NCBI GenBank assembly: GCA_963665115.1
Contig: OY762007.1
Span: 3,872,001-3,936,000 of the forward strand
Length of the DNA: 64,000 nt
Direction: 5' to 3'
DNA from: an uncultured Rivularia sp.
GTDB taxonomy: Bacteria > Cyanobacteriota > Cyanobacteriia > Cyanobacteriales > Nostocaceae
The notes under the pieces are model-generated. The model had not been told where the DNA came from, made no database searches, and saw nothing but the letters and a program-made list of their open reading frames with translations. Shown here in pieces: positions 39,058 through 48,672 of this stretch (positions are counted from its first letter, which is position 1; the number at the start of each line of letters is the position of its first letter). The position numbers and the translations under genes are program-made.

Positions 39058-40797
39058 GTGCTGTATTTAGCTGAAGTACAAAAACAGAAAGGTGGCTTGC
39101 TCGGTAGTGGAGCCAAAACCGAATTAAAACTGTTGGCTTGTCAACGCAATGACCAGAGTTGGAATACGGTAAGTGAAGAAGTAATTACTGCTGAAGAAGC
39201 TAGTAAATTAAATGATGGCGCACTTGTATTAGCTGAACTTAACGCAAATCGTCAGGTACAGCGACTGCAAGAAGCTAGTCGTCCGCTGGTAACTATTTTG
39301 CAGAATTTTTCCCGTCAACTGGAAAAATTCAAACTCAAAGAGGAAGAAATAGACCAGTGGAAAGAGTCGCTAACATTTCAAGGGCAGGAAATCAGCCGTC
39401 GTGAAATGGAGTTGGAAGCGCGGGAAGAAGAAGCCCGACAAATCCAAGAAGAAGCGCAACACATAGACGCAAAAATCCAGGAAGTTGAAAGTTCCCATCA
39501 GGAAATTCAAGGCTTGCAGGAGGAAATCTCGCGCAGCCGTGAAGAGCTTGAAGGCGCTTGGGAGCAATTACGAGGCGAACAGCGTCGCTTGGAAGAATTT
39601 CAGGCAGAAGTTAAGCAGGGAGCGGTTTTAGATGAAGAACAAGCTAAGGTAATTAGCGATTTATTAGAAAAACTTTCTAGTAATGTTGCTCAACCCTCAA
39701 GCGTTCGCGAACATCTCGATCTTGCATTCGAGATGGTTGACAATCAGCAAGCTGTTCTTAGTCCTCATTGGGAACAACTCGAAAAGCAAAAAGCCGAAGC
39801 TAACGAGCAGCAAGCCCAAGTTGAGCGTTTGTCTGACGAACTTCAAGAAGCTAATTCTTCTTTACAGCAAGCTGAAGATTCGCTATCCGAACAGAAAGCA
39901 GAGTTGAAATTAAACACTGCTAGTTTTGTTGAAAAGCAAAATTATGTGGAGATGCTGCAAGAACAATTGCAGTATCAACGCCAGTTACACGAACAGGTGA
40001 ACTCTTTTAATAAAACTTCTAATAGTTCTGCTGAAGAAGAATTCACTTTAGACTTTGATGCGGAAGCTTTAAAATCTGTTTCTACAGAAGAACTGCAAAA
40101 AACAGTTGAAGACTTGCAGCAAAAGTTAAAAATCGATTCGGGCTTTGTTGAGGAACAAGAACAAGAACTTAACTACAAGCAACGAACGATAGAAGAACTG
40201 GAAGAAAAGATCGGCTCAGTTTCTGAGGAAGAACGTAGCGAATTAGAAGAAGAGCTTACAGATGAAAAAGACAGCTACCAGATGCTCAATGAAACTTTAG
40301 TCGGCCAGCGTCGCAGTTTGGTAGAACGTCAGGAATCGCTCGAACAACATAAAACTGTTCTGGCTAAGCGAAAACAACAAGCTGCCTCACACAACAAAGT
40401 CGATTTAAGTCTGATAGTAGAGCAAGTTGAACAAAGACGACAAAAGTATTCCGAACAATTGGAAAACTTAGAAGCCCAAATCCAGCAAATGCGTAATGAA
40501 ATTGACCAAGCGCAGGAAAGGATTACAGTTCAAACCGAAGAAATTGTAACTAAACGTCAAGCATTGCAAGCGATGCAAGAAAACTTGTCCGCGCTGCAAA
40601 CTGCAAGCTCTCAACTTTGGGCTAGAGTCAATCTTTATGAAGAAACACTTCAGCCAATACAGGATTCCTTGGAAAGCTTGCGGCACAAACTGCAAGGTAC
40701 CAGTGATGCTTTAACGCAAGTACAGGAAACTGGCGATTATCAGCTCCAAGCGATTACAGATATGCGTTCTTCGATTGAGAGCTTGATTGCCCAGTAA
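39058..40797 (+). CDS. hmpF: Pilus motility coiled-coil protein HmpF
   Basis: MLYLAEVQKQKGG...ELKLLACQR N-terminus, long coiled coil, divergent from the hmp chemosensory operon. Confidence 0.88.
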   Translation: MLYLAEVQKQKGGLLGSGAKTELKLLACQRNDQSWNTVSEEVITAEEASKLNDGALVLAELNANRQVQRLQEASRPLVTILQNFSRQLEKFKLKEEEIDQWKESLTFQGQEISRREMELEAREEEARQIQEEAQHIDAKIQEVESSHQEIQGLQEEISRSREELEGAWEQLRGEQRRLEEFQAEVKQGAVLDEEQAKVISDLLEKLSSNVAQPSSVREHLDLAFEMVDNQQAVLSPHWEQLEKQKAEANEQQAQVERLSDELQEANSSLQQAEDSLSEQKAELKLNTASFVEKQNYVEMLQEQLQYQRQLHEQVNSFNKTSNSSAEEEFTLDFDAEALKSVSTEELQKTVEDLQQKLKIDSGFVEEQEQELNYKQRTIEELEEKIGSVSEEERSELEEELTDEKDSYQMLNETLVGQRRSLVERQESLEQHKTVLAKRKQQAASHNKVDLSLIVEQVEQRRQKYSEQLENLEAQIQQMRNEIDQAQERITVQTEEIVTKRQALQAMQENLSALQTASSQLWARVNLYEETLQPIQDSLESLRHKLQGTSDALTQVQETGDYQLQAITDMRSSIESLIAQ

Positions 40798-40842
40798 AAA
40801 GATGAAGCATCAAGGATGAACTATGGTTTTATCCTTTATCCT

Positions 40843-41838
40843 TCATCTTTTTTTTTGCAAACAAATATATTCACCCGAAACCAAAGCTACAGTACCTCCA
40901 GGAAATGGATCGGTTTGCGATCGGTTCGGGGCAACAATTAAACCCACCATTTTTTCAATATGCTCGAAATTAGGAGCAATAAGCATTATTTTTTGTAACA
41001 CTTGACGTATAGCACGACGCTGCAATGCTAATGGAGCTTTTTGCAATACTTGACGATGCAAGCGTAACAGGGTTAACGAATCTTCAACATAATCTATAAC
41101 TTCAGCCTCTTTCCGCAATTCCTCAGCAGCTTGCTCCAAATATTCAACTTCCGCTTGTAAAAGTTCTGCTGTTCGAGCTAAATTTGACTCTACTTTCGGG
41201 TTAAATTTTTCTTGTAGGTATGGTATCAACTCTTGACGAATACGATTGCGAGCATATTTCAAATCTTGATTTGTAGAATCTTCCCAAACTTGCAATTGAA
41301 AATCTTGACAAAATTGACCTGTTTGGCTGCGAGTAACTTCCAAAAGTGGGCGTACCAGCATAATCTCATCATTTAGCGGACGCTGCCAAGTTAGAGCCTG
41401 TAAACCATCCGCACCGCTACCGCGCATCAAATTATAAACTAAAGTTTCCGCCCTATCTGTTGCAGTATGTCCCGTAATTATGCATTGATAATTATTTTTA
41501 TTGGCAATTTGCTGTAAAATTTGATAGCGCCAATCTCGTGCTGCGGCTTCACTCGTCAGCGATTGAGTAGCTGTTTCCAAGTAAAAAGGGATACCCCATT
41601 CACCTACAAGCTGTTCCACATAATTAGCGTTTGCTTGCGAGTCATCCCGCCAACAATGGTCGCAATGAGCAATACCAAGATGCCATCCCCATTTAGGTTG
41701 CAAATCTAAGATTAATTTAGTTAAGCATAGGGAATCTTGTCCCCCAGATACTGCGATTAACAACCTTTGATTGCGCTTCAACAGATCGCGGGAGCGGATA
41801 GTACGATGTATGTTTGCATGTAAAGGAGTCCACACCAT
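40843..41838 (-). CDS. tilS: tRNA(Ile)-lysidine synthetase
   Basis: PP-loop AVSGGQDS, TGHTATDRAET, VRPLL and RNRIR. Confidence 0.96.
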   Translation of the reverse strand: MVWTPLHANIHRTIRSRDLLKRNQRLLIAVSGGQDSLCLTKLILDLQPKWGWHLGIAHCDHCWRDDSQANANYVEQLVGEWGIPFYLETATQSLTSEAAARDWRYQILQQIANKNNYQCIITGHTATDRAETLVYNLMRGSGADGLQALTWQRPLNDEIMLVRPLLEVTRSQTGQFCQDFQLQVWEDSTNQDLKYARNRIRQELIPYLQEKFNPKVESNLARTAELLQAEVEYLEQAAEELRKEAEVIDYVEDSLTLLRLHRQVLQKAPLALQRRAIRQVLQKIMLIAPNFEHIEKMVGLIVAPNRSQTDPFPGGTVALVSGEYICLQKKR

Positions 41839-41863
41839 TTTAAGAATTAGGAGCTAGGAACTA

Positions 41864-42084
41864 CTAATATCTTGCACCATTCTTAACACCGCCTTGGAAT
41901 AAATTCCCAGGCTCACAAACAAAGTCGTCTAAAGACGACTGGGAGAAACTTTTAGTGCGTTTTAACGCACTTTATATGTCAGCCTTGAAATAAATTTCTC
42001 TGCGTTCACGCGGAGCGTGCGGGCTAGAAAGCCTCCAGCTTACAAGGCGAGAATTTGGGCTTACTGACAATGGTGCAATATGAG
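41864..42084. mobile_element. MITE-like multi-hairpin element carrying a small secondary insertion
   Basis: Inverted ends TATCTTGCACCATT/AATGGTGCAATA. Inner stems AGTCGTCT/AGACGACT and AGTGCGTT/AACGCACT. The hairpin GCCTTGAAATAAATTTC^AAGGC is split by ~45 bp. Confidence 0.65.
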
Positions 42085-42134
42085 AGCCGCTATAAAGTCA
42101 AAATTTCTAATTTCTAACTGGTTAATGGTACTGG

Positions 42135-42824
42135 TTAATGCTCACTGCTCACTGTTAACTGATAATTGATAATTGATTTCCCTGCTTGACGCAATGCAGA
42201 ATTGATTTTTGAAAAAGGTTTGCTACCAAAAAAGCCGTTTCGGGCAGATAGTGGAGAGGGATGCGCCGATTGAATAACGGTGTGACGATTGGTGTCTATT
42301 AATTTCAGCTTCTTTTTTGCATAACCACCCCAAAGCACAAAAATTACGGGTTCTTGCTTTTGGTTAACTTTACTAATAACTGCATCGGTGAAAGTTTCCC
42401 AACCTTTGTTTTTATGAGAATTGGCTGTATGTGCTTCGACGGTTAGTACAGCATTAATCATTAAAATACCTTGTTTTGCCCAGGGTACAAGATATCCACT
42501 ATCGGGAATCTCAAACCCTAGATCGTCTTTGAGCTCCTTATAAATATTAACCAGCGACGGTGGAGTTTTTATGCCTGGTTTTACCGAAAAGCACAATCCA
42601 TGTGCTTGATTTTCACCATGATAAGGATCTTGTCCGAGTATTAAAACATTTACTTGTTCAAATGGTGTAAGTTCAAAAGCTGAAAATACGTCTTCTTGTG
42701 GAGGATAAATAATTTTGGATTTTCGTTCTTCTTCGATAAAATTTTGCAGTTTTTTTAAATAGGGTTTATTAAATTCTTCAGCAAGTGCAGTTTTCCAAGA
42801 ATCAGGAAGTTGAGAAGATATCAT
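42135..42824 (-). CDS. ung: Uracil-DNA glycosylase, family 1
   Basis: GQDPYH, PPSLVNI and HPSPLS. Confidence 0.97.
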   Translation of the reverse strand: MISSQLPDSWKTALAEEFNKPYLKKLQNFIEEERKSKIIYPPQEDVFSAFELTPFEQVNVLILGQDPYHGENQAHGLCFSVKPGIKTPPSLVNIYKELKDDLGFEIPDSGYLVPWAKQGILMINAVLTVEAHTANSHKNKGWETFTDAVISKVNQKQEPVIFVLWGGYAKKKLKLIDTNRHTVIQSAHPSPLSARNGFFGSKPFSKINSALRQAGKSIINYQLTVSSEH

Positions 42825-42899
42825 CGGATTTGAGATTTTGGATTATATTTTTAAACCTAACCCATATTAAAACCTAAAGTGATAATTTCAAATTGCTGA

Positions 42900-42924
42900 A
42901 GACGTAGCACTGCTACGTCTCTAC
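42900..42924 (-). repeat. GTAG-type REP hairpin
   Basis: AGACGTAGCA-C-TGCTACGTCT followed by CTAC. Confidence 0.7.
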
Positions 42925-42994
42925 ATGGATTACGCATTTCCCTATTTTTTTATTGGCATCACAATATTGAAAAAATAATTACAAACCTAAATGA

Positions 42995-43531
42995 CTAATT
43001 AATGCTGCAAGTTTCCATGAGATAATCCCAAGTTTGAGAACCAATGACTCCATCTACAACCAGTTTTTTATCATTTTGAAAAGACTGAACTGCTTTTTGA
43101 GTTTGATATCCAAATACACCATCAATCTTTCCAAAGTAATACCCGTCGAAGCCTAAAGTTTCTTGAATGAAGGGAGAAAATGTTAGAAGGCTTTGGATTT
43201 TAGCAACATCATCGCAGTAACTACCAGGATATAGCAAAGGTAAATCGGGACGTTGACCTATGTAAAGCGCTTCCCAAGTCACAACCCCAACAATACCATC
43301 TTGCTTTAAAAAGGTGCGATACTGAAAGACTTCTACTGCTAATAAAGTTATTTCCCCGAATTCACCATCAATTACCAGACTTGGAACGTCAGGAACTCTT
43401 TTAATTAAGAATTTTTGCAATTGTTTTACACAATCTCCATTCGCGCCGAATTTTAAGGTAGGTTGTTTAATTTGAACGGGACTTAGAATCATGAATCTCT
43501 CCTTGAATTCTTTACTGTCATAGAACATCAA
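42995..43531 (-). CDS. Protein with two peptidoglycan-binding (PG_binding_1) domains
   Basis: Repeated DG.FG..T..AV..FQ....L..DG.VG..TW. Confidence 0.9.
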   Translation of the reverse strand: MMFYDSKEFKERFMILSPVQIKQPTLKFGANGDCVKQLQKFLIKRVPDVPSLVIDGEFGEITLLAVEVFQYRTFLKQDGIVGVVTWEALYIGQRPDLPLLYPGSYCDDVAKIQSLLTFSPFIQETLGFDGYYFGKIDGVFGYQTQKAVQSFQNDKKLVVDGVIGSQTWDYLMETCSIN

Positions 43532-43643
43532 GTCGATGCTTGGGGATTCCGTAGATTAACAAGGTACACTAACGGGTACTTTGTTTAATTGTAGGTATCT
43601 ATACTTTCACTAATGAAGAAACGCAGATTATTATTTACGGTAA

Positions 43644-43746
43644 TAAGCTGATGTGCAGCTAAATTGAATAATGCGAAAATTTGAAAAGGTTGTAGTGCGA
43701 GCATCTTGCTCGCTAGTACTATACAAATTAAATGCGTAGCAGCTTA
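43644..43746. mobile_element. Short MITE-like element enclosing a REP hairpin
   Basis: Imperfect inverted ends TAAGCTGATGTGCA/TGCGTAGCAGCTTA around GTAGTGCGAGCATCTTGCTCGCT (43692-43714). Confidence 0.55.
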
Positions 43747-43868
43747 CTGGCAATTAATATTATTTTTGGCGATTATCATTTCATGTCAAAAATTCCCGTG
43801 CGTCTAACCCAACCTACAAATAAAATATTTTCTGAAATTATCTTCTTACACAAAAAATAAGAATTATC

Positions 43869-44010
43869 AGCCCACGCAGGTGGTGAGAGCAGCCCCGTGG
43901 GTGTTTCATCCCGCAGTATGATGGGACTGCCGTTAGCGTTCACGCTCCGCGTGCGGCTCAGCGTCTCCCCTTGGGAGATACCCGGAGGGGCTTTGTAATT
44001 GTAGCCCCAC
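43869..44010. repeat. Cluster of nested small dispersed repeats
   Basis: The palindrome AGCCCACGCAGGTGG^GCT is interrupted by ~106 bp made of several GC-rich hairpins. Confidence 0.65.
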
Positions 44011-44049
44011 TATAAGGAGGGTGAGGGTATTATGTTTGTCGAGTTATTA

Positions 44050-44397
44050 TCAAGCCTCTCCCAACAAAGAATTAAATTCCGATTTCAATGATTTCATATC
44101 CGCGACTCTCGCAACCAGCAAATTATCTTCACCTGCATCAGTTAAACGGGATTTCCAGTAACCAATGCTCTCAGAATTATTCATCCAAAATTTAACTACG
44201 GTATCTACTACTTCATCCATATTCCAGCCCCACTTTAAAGGTACTGGTTCGACTGTTTCAAGAAATGCATCTAGGGTACATTTATGGGTTCCTAAGTACT
44301 CTACACCTTGACTTTGAGGATTTTCTTCGTTCTGTTGCTGATGATTAAAAAAGTGCAAGATTGGAGATACACCTACAATATCGAAAGTATATTTCAT
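44050..44397 (-). CDS. Conserved cyanobacterial hypothetical protein
   Basis: 115-aa ORF with a GGAGG RBS, MKYTFDIVGVSP...LLVARVAD. Confidence 0.75.
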   Translation of the reverse strand: MKYTFDIVGVSPILHFFNHQQQNEENPQSQGVEYLGTHKCTLDAFLETVEPVPLKWGWNMDEVVDTVVKFWMNNSESIGYWKSRLTDAGEDNLLVARVADMKSLKSEFNSLLGEA

Positions 44398-44716
44398 CGG
44401 ATTCCTCCAGGTTTTGAAAAACTTTTGATTTTTAAAAATATGTTCTAGCGCTATACAGACAAATTATTAAATACAATCTAGATTCTGGTTGTTATTCTTT
44501 ACAGAAAAACTAGCAAAATACATAAAAAGTGCTATAATTACCCTCGTACAAAGTTAGCAGTTGATAATCGAGAGTGCTAGTATTTGTCTCGTGAAAAATT
44601 AGCAGATAGCTTCATAGAGAGAAGAATATTTATAACGCTATTTATATTAAAATATTAAAGTTTTTCACTAATTGAAAAGGGTAAACGACTCTTTTTAATA
44701 TTTCTTAATATTTATA

Positions 44717-45610
44717 ATGACAGATTTTATTGGGGAAATCGCGGCATTATCTGCTGCTTGTTTGTGGGCTGTAGCGTCTGTAGCTTATGGTAAATTGGGT
44801 GCGCGTATTCCACCTTTACAGTTAAATCTGATCAAAGGAATAATTGCGATCGCGCTTTTTATCTTTACTATTCTTTTTACTGGCGAAATATTTCCTTCTA
44901 TCGCGACTTTACCAATGTGCCTGTTACTACTCAGCGGTGTCATTGGTATTAGTTTAGGTGATACGGGATTCTTTATTACTATAAACAGTTTGGGGGCGCG
45001 TCGAGCATTATTGATGCAAACCCTGACTTCGCCAATTACAGCAGTTTTGGGGTTAATTTTTCTTCAGGAAAAGTTAAATATTTTTGCTTGGTTTGGTATT
45101 TTGCTCACAATATTAGGTGTGGCTTGGGTTGTTACCGAGCGTACTACCGATGTCAAGCATATTTCAACGGCAGAATTCCGACGAGGTATAGTTTGTGGGT
45201 TGTTGACGGCGCTTGCTGGTGCGGTTGGTGCGGTACTTTCGCGAAGTGCCATCGCCGACAATCAAATTAGTCCTTTATGGGCTGCTTTATTAAGGTTGAG
45301 TGCTGGGACATTAATTCTGCTTGTATGGGCATCGTCTAGACAACAAACTAACCTTAGTCTGGGCAACTTGCGAAATTCCAAAGTAATTGCAGGAATTTTG
45401 TTTGCAGCTTTTTGCGGAACTTATTTAGGAATTTGGCTGCAACAAACAGCGATTAAATTGACATCAGTGGGAATTGCTTCGACTCTTTTACAGACTAGCC
45501 CAATTTTCGTCATACCTTTTGCGATTTTGATGGGAGAAAAAGTCAGTATTCGAGCGATTTTAGGTGTTTTCGTTTCTATTATAGGAATCGCACTATTATT
45601 TTATATTTAA
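44717..45610 (+). CDS. DMT/EamA family transporter
   Basis: About 10 TM helices in two repeats, LQEKL and GEKVS..AILG. Confidence 0.92.
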   Translation: MTDFIGEIAALSAACLWAVASVAYGKLGARIPPLQLNLIKGIIAIALFIFTILFTGEIFPSIATLPMCLLLLSGVIGISLGDTGFFITINSLGARRALLMQTLTSPITAVLGLIFLQEKLNIFAWFGILLTILGVAWVVTERTTDVKHISTAEFRRGIVCGLLTALAGAVGAVLSRSAIADNQISPLWAALLRLSAGTLILLVWASSRQQTNLSLGNLRNSKVIAGILFAAFCGTYLGIWLQQTAIKLTSVGIASTLLQTSPIFVIPFAILMGEKVSIRAILGVFVSIIGIALLFYI

Positions 45611-45785
45611 TAATTAATCTTCTTCAATCGCTCCATAGCTTCAAAAGTTAAAAGTTACATTTGATTGTACTAATTATAAATTCATTAGAATATTTTTTTA
45701 AATCGAAAATGTATGTGCTGTTCATAAAACACATACATCATTACAAACTATCAATTACTTATTAGCAATTACCTCAATTCAACAT

Positions 45786-46685
45786 TTACCAAAAATTATC
45801 TTTCCAAAAAAGACACTCTCTTTGTGAGGGGTTAAGATTTTTTGCTAACAATTGCAATTGTTCATGATTAAGGAAAGACGCACCGTAATGATTGTGTACT
45901 ATCGGTTTTCTAGAGGTGTAATCAAAAAAGACTGCATATCTATCTGAAGATACGGGTATTTTGCCCCTATGAAATATGCCACCAGTCGCAGCTAAAACAA
46001 CTGTTCCAGCGATTCCCGTACAGATTTTAAAACGCGATGGAGATATTAATTTCTCCATTGTTTTATCTTGAACGTAACCATGCGTATATTTTAAAGAAGA
46101 AATTATTTCAGAATTCAAAGGTAGGGGAATATATTCAAAAGCCCCACTATTCTCATCTACATTATTCAGATAAATTACTACTTTTAAAACTTTTCTATCT
46201 TCGGGATCTATATGCCAGAATCTTGATTTTGCTTGAACCGGGTTAGCCTTATCCCGACGAAAGTATGCTCCATGATAAGCCACTGGTAAGCCAATATAAT
46301 TCTCGATTATATTGATTAAACGTTGTTCTAAACCCCAAAGAAAAATTTCTTTATGTTCTAAAATTTGTTGTGGAGTTGCATGAACTACATATTCGTTTTT
46401 ATTTTGAGAAATGCTTTGCGGTATCTTTAACATTAAGTTTTTGGCTGCTTGAAGCATTATTTCGGTAGAAGGAATGGACAGAGCTTTGAGTGAAGTCATT
46501 GCAACTCCTTCAGTTCTCAATGTATCTATCAAATCTTGCTCATAATCCGAAATAATTGGTAAATTCTCAAAATGTCTCTTCCGTGCTAATTGATAATTAA
46601 GCTCACCTTGAGTACACAAAAACGGAAGTTGACGAGTATTTAGCGACATTTCGTTCCGAATCTTGTAGACAATTTTTTTATACAT
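45786..46685 (-). CDS. 2OG-Fe(II) oxygenase (PhyH-like)
   Basis: WHID (HxD), VIYLN.V....GAFEYIP, distal HRG and a downstream R. Confidence 0.78.
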   Translation of the reverse strand: MYKKIVYKIRNEMSLNTRQLPFLCTQGELNYQLARKRHFENLPIISDYEQDLIDTLRTEGVAMTSLKALSIPSTEIMLQAAKNLMLKIPQSISQNKNEYVVHATPQQILEHKEIFLWGLEQRLINIIENYIGLPVAYHGAYFRRDKANPVQAKSRFWHIDPEDRKVLKVVIYLNNVDENSGAFEYIPLPLNSEIISSLKYTHGYVQDKTMEKLISPSRFKICTGIAGTVVLAATGGIFHRGKIPVSSDRYAVFFDYTSRKPIVHNHYGASFLNHEQLQLLAKNLNPSQRECLFWKDNFW

Positions 46686-47161
46686 ATTTTACTCAGAATT
46701 ACGGCATAGAAATAACGCAAACGTTAACAATTATTCAAAGCTATATGTGTATAAAATATTTTGGTTAAATCAAATATACAATTACATATTTTTTAAAACA
46801 TAAACCCAGTAAAGCCTTGAATTCGCAAAAAATTTACTTTTAGGTGAGATTACTTGACACTGGCTTTATATTGCTTCGATAACATGATTTTTGTTAACTT
46901 TTATCTAGTCCTCCAGCCTAAATAGTACAATCATCAGTATGTATTATTACATAAAATCAAGTTTTTCTAGCAATATAGAAAAGCCTCAGAACTTAATAAA
47001 ACTCTGAAGCTTTGCTTAAACTATGTTATGGAGATATGTCAAGTTTACTGAGGAAGTATTTTAGATTTCTTCATTAAAATTTTATATTTAATACAGTATT
47101 TAGTCAGGGAACACTTATAAGCTTTGCAAATTATATTTTGCGGAATTTGCTTTACAAGTAT

Positions 47162-48391
47162 TTATGCTATCAAGCGTATATCAGTAAGTAATAATTCTTC
47201 AAATTCCGATACTGGTAAAGGATGACTTAACAAATAACCTTGCGCTTTATCGCATTTAAGTGCTTTTACAATATTTAATTCTGCTTTAGTTTCTACACCT
47301 TCAGCAACTACTTGTAGGTTAAGGTTATGAGCCATTTCAATAATCCCCTTAGTTATTGCTGACTTTTGTCTATCTTTATCAATATTATGGACAAAGTAAT
47401 GATCTATTTTTAAAGTATCTATTGGCAGTTGCTTTAAATAAATAAGAGAGGAACGACCAGTACCAAAATCATCAATAGAAAGTTTCAAGCCGTGCGATCG
47501 CAATTCCTGCATTCTATTGATTGCTGTATTCACATCCTGTTCGATCGCCCCTTCTGTAATTTCTAGTTCAAGGGAAGACGGATGCAAATCATTTTCTGCC
47601 AATGATTTAAGTAATTTTGCAACGAAATCTGGCTGAATTAATTGATTAATTGAGATATTGATCGTAGCATAGAAATCTTTATAACCAGCATCTTGCCATA
47701 TTTTCGTTTGGTTACAAACATTATGAATTAACCATTCTCCAATTGGAATAATTAAACCAGTCGATTCGGCTAAAGGAATTAATTCAGCAGGAGAGATTAA
47801 ACCTAATTCTGAACTTTGCCAACGAACTAAACTTTCAGCACCAACTATTGAACCAAATTTGGTTTCAACAATTGGCTGATAATGAACTTGGAATTCTCTT
47901 AACTTTCTCTTTGCTAAAGTCCTAAGCAAGCTGCTTTTTAAAATCTGAAGTTCTGGCAAAAATCTAGCAGAAGTTTTATTGCTTTTTGATATATATTTTA
48001 TATCCTCTGTTTGCTTTTCCAATCGACTCATGATTGCGTTTAACAGTTCGGAGCGGGTAAATGGCTTAGTAAGATAGTCATCAGCACCCAATTCCATACC
48101 TTGACGTACATCAGCCTTAGCAGTTCTAGCCGTAAGAAAAATAAATGGAATAGTTGCCGTAATCGCTTGTGAATTTAGCAATTTTAGAACTTCATAGCCA
48201 TCAATATTTGGCATCATTAAGTCGCATAAAATCACATCTGGAACTTCAGAAACAGCTAAATCTAAACCAATTTTTCCGTTAGCAGCAGCCAGAGTTTCAA
48301 AATTTTCAGCTTCTAATAAGTCCAAAATATTCTCGCGTACTAATTCTTCGTCTTCAATTACCAATATTTTAGTCATAGCATTTAAATTCAA
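47162..48391 (-). CDS. REC-EAL response regulator (c-di-GMP phosphodiesterase)
   Basis: REC domain, then YQP, ESL, LEITE, DDFGTG, KID, AEGVE and QGY. No GGDEF domain. Confidence 0.92.
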   Translation of the reverse strand: MNLNAMTKILVIEDEELVRENILDLLEAENFETLAAANGKIGLDLAVSEVPDVILCDLMMPNIDGYEVLKLLNSQAITATIPFIFLTARTAKADVRQGMELGADDYLTKPFTRSELLNAIMSRLEKQTEDIKYISKSNKTSARFLPELQILKSSLLRTLAKRKLREFQVHYQPIVETKFGSIVGAESLVRWQSSELGLISPAELIPLAESTGLIIPIGEWLIHNVCNQTKIWQDAGYKDFYATINISINQLIQPDFVAKLLKSLAENDLHPSSLELEITEGAIEQDVNTAINRMQELRSHGLKLSIDDFGTGRSSLIYLKQLPIDTLKIDHYFVHNIDKDRQKSAITKGIIEMAHNLNLQVVAEGVETKAELNIVKALKCDKAQGYLLSHPLPVSEFEELLLTDIRLIA

Positions 48392-48672
48392 TCTTAATTA
48401 ATTTTGGATTATTTTATTGTTGATATTTATTAGGTAATAGCTTCTCAGAAAAATCTTTATACTCACGATAAATAAATATTTGAATACATTATGGCACAAT
48501 CTTTTATTTGGCAATTATATAATGATAATCTCGGCTTATCCGTATTTATATTTCATTTTTTTTTAAACTTGCCATAGTATTTATACTGAAAAATAATCAT
48601 AGATGTATTGATTATATTGGTAAATAATATTTAGAGAATAATCTAATATACTTATGTTTTAGTCTATATATC

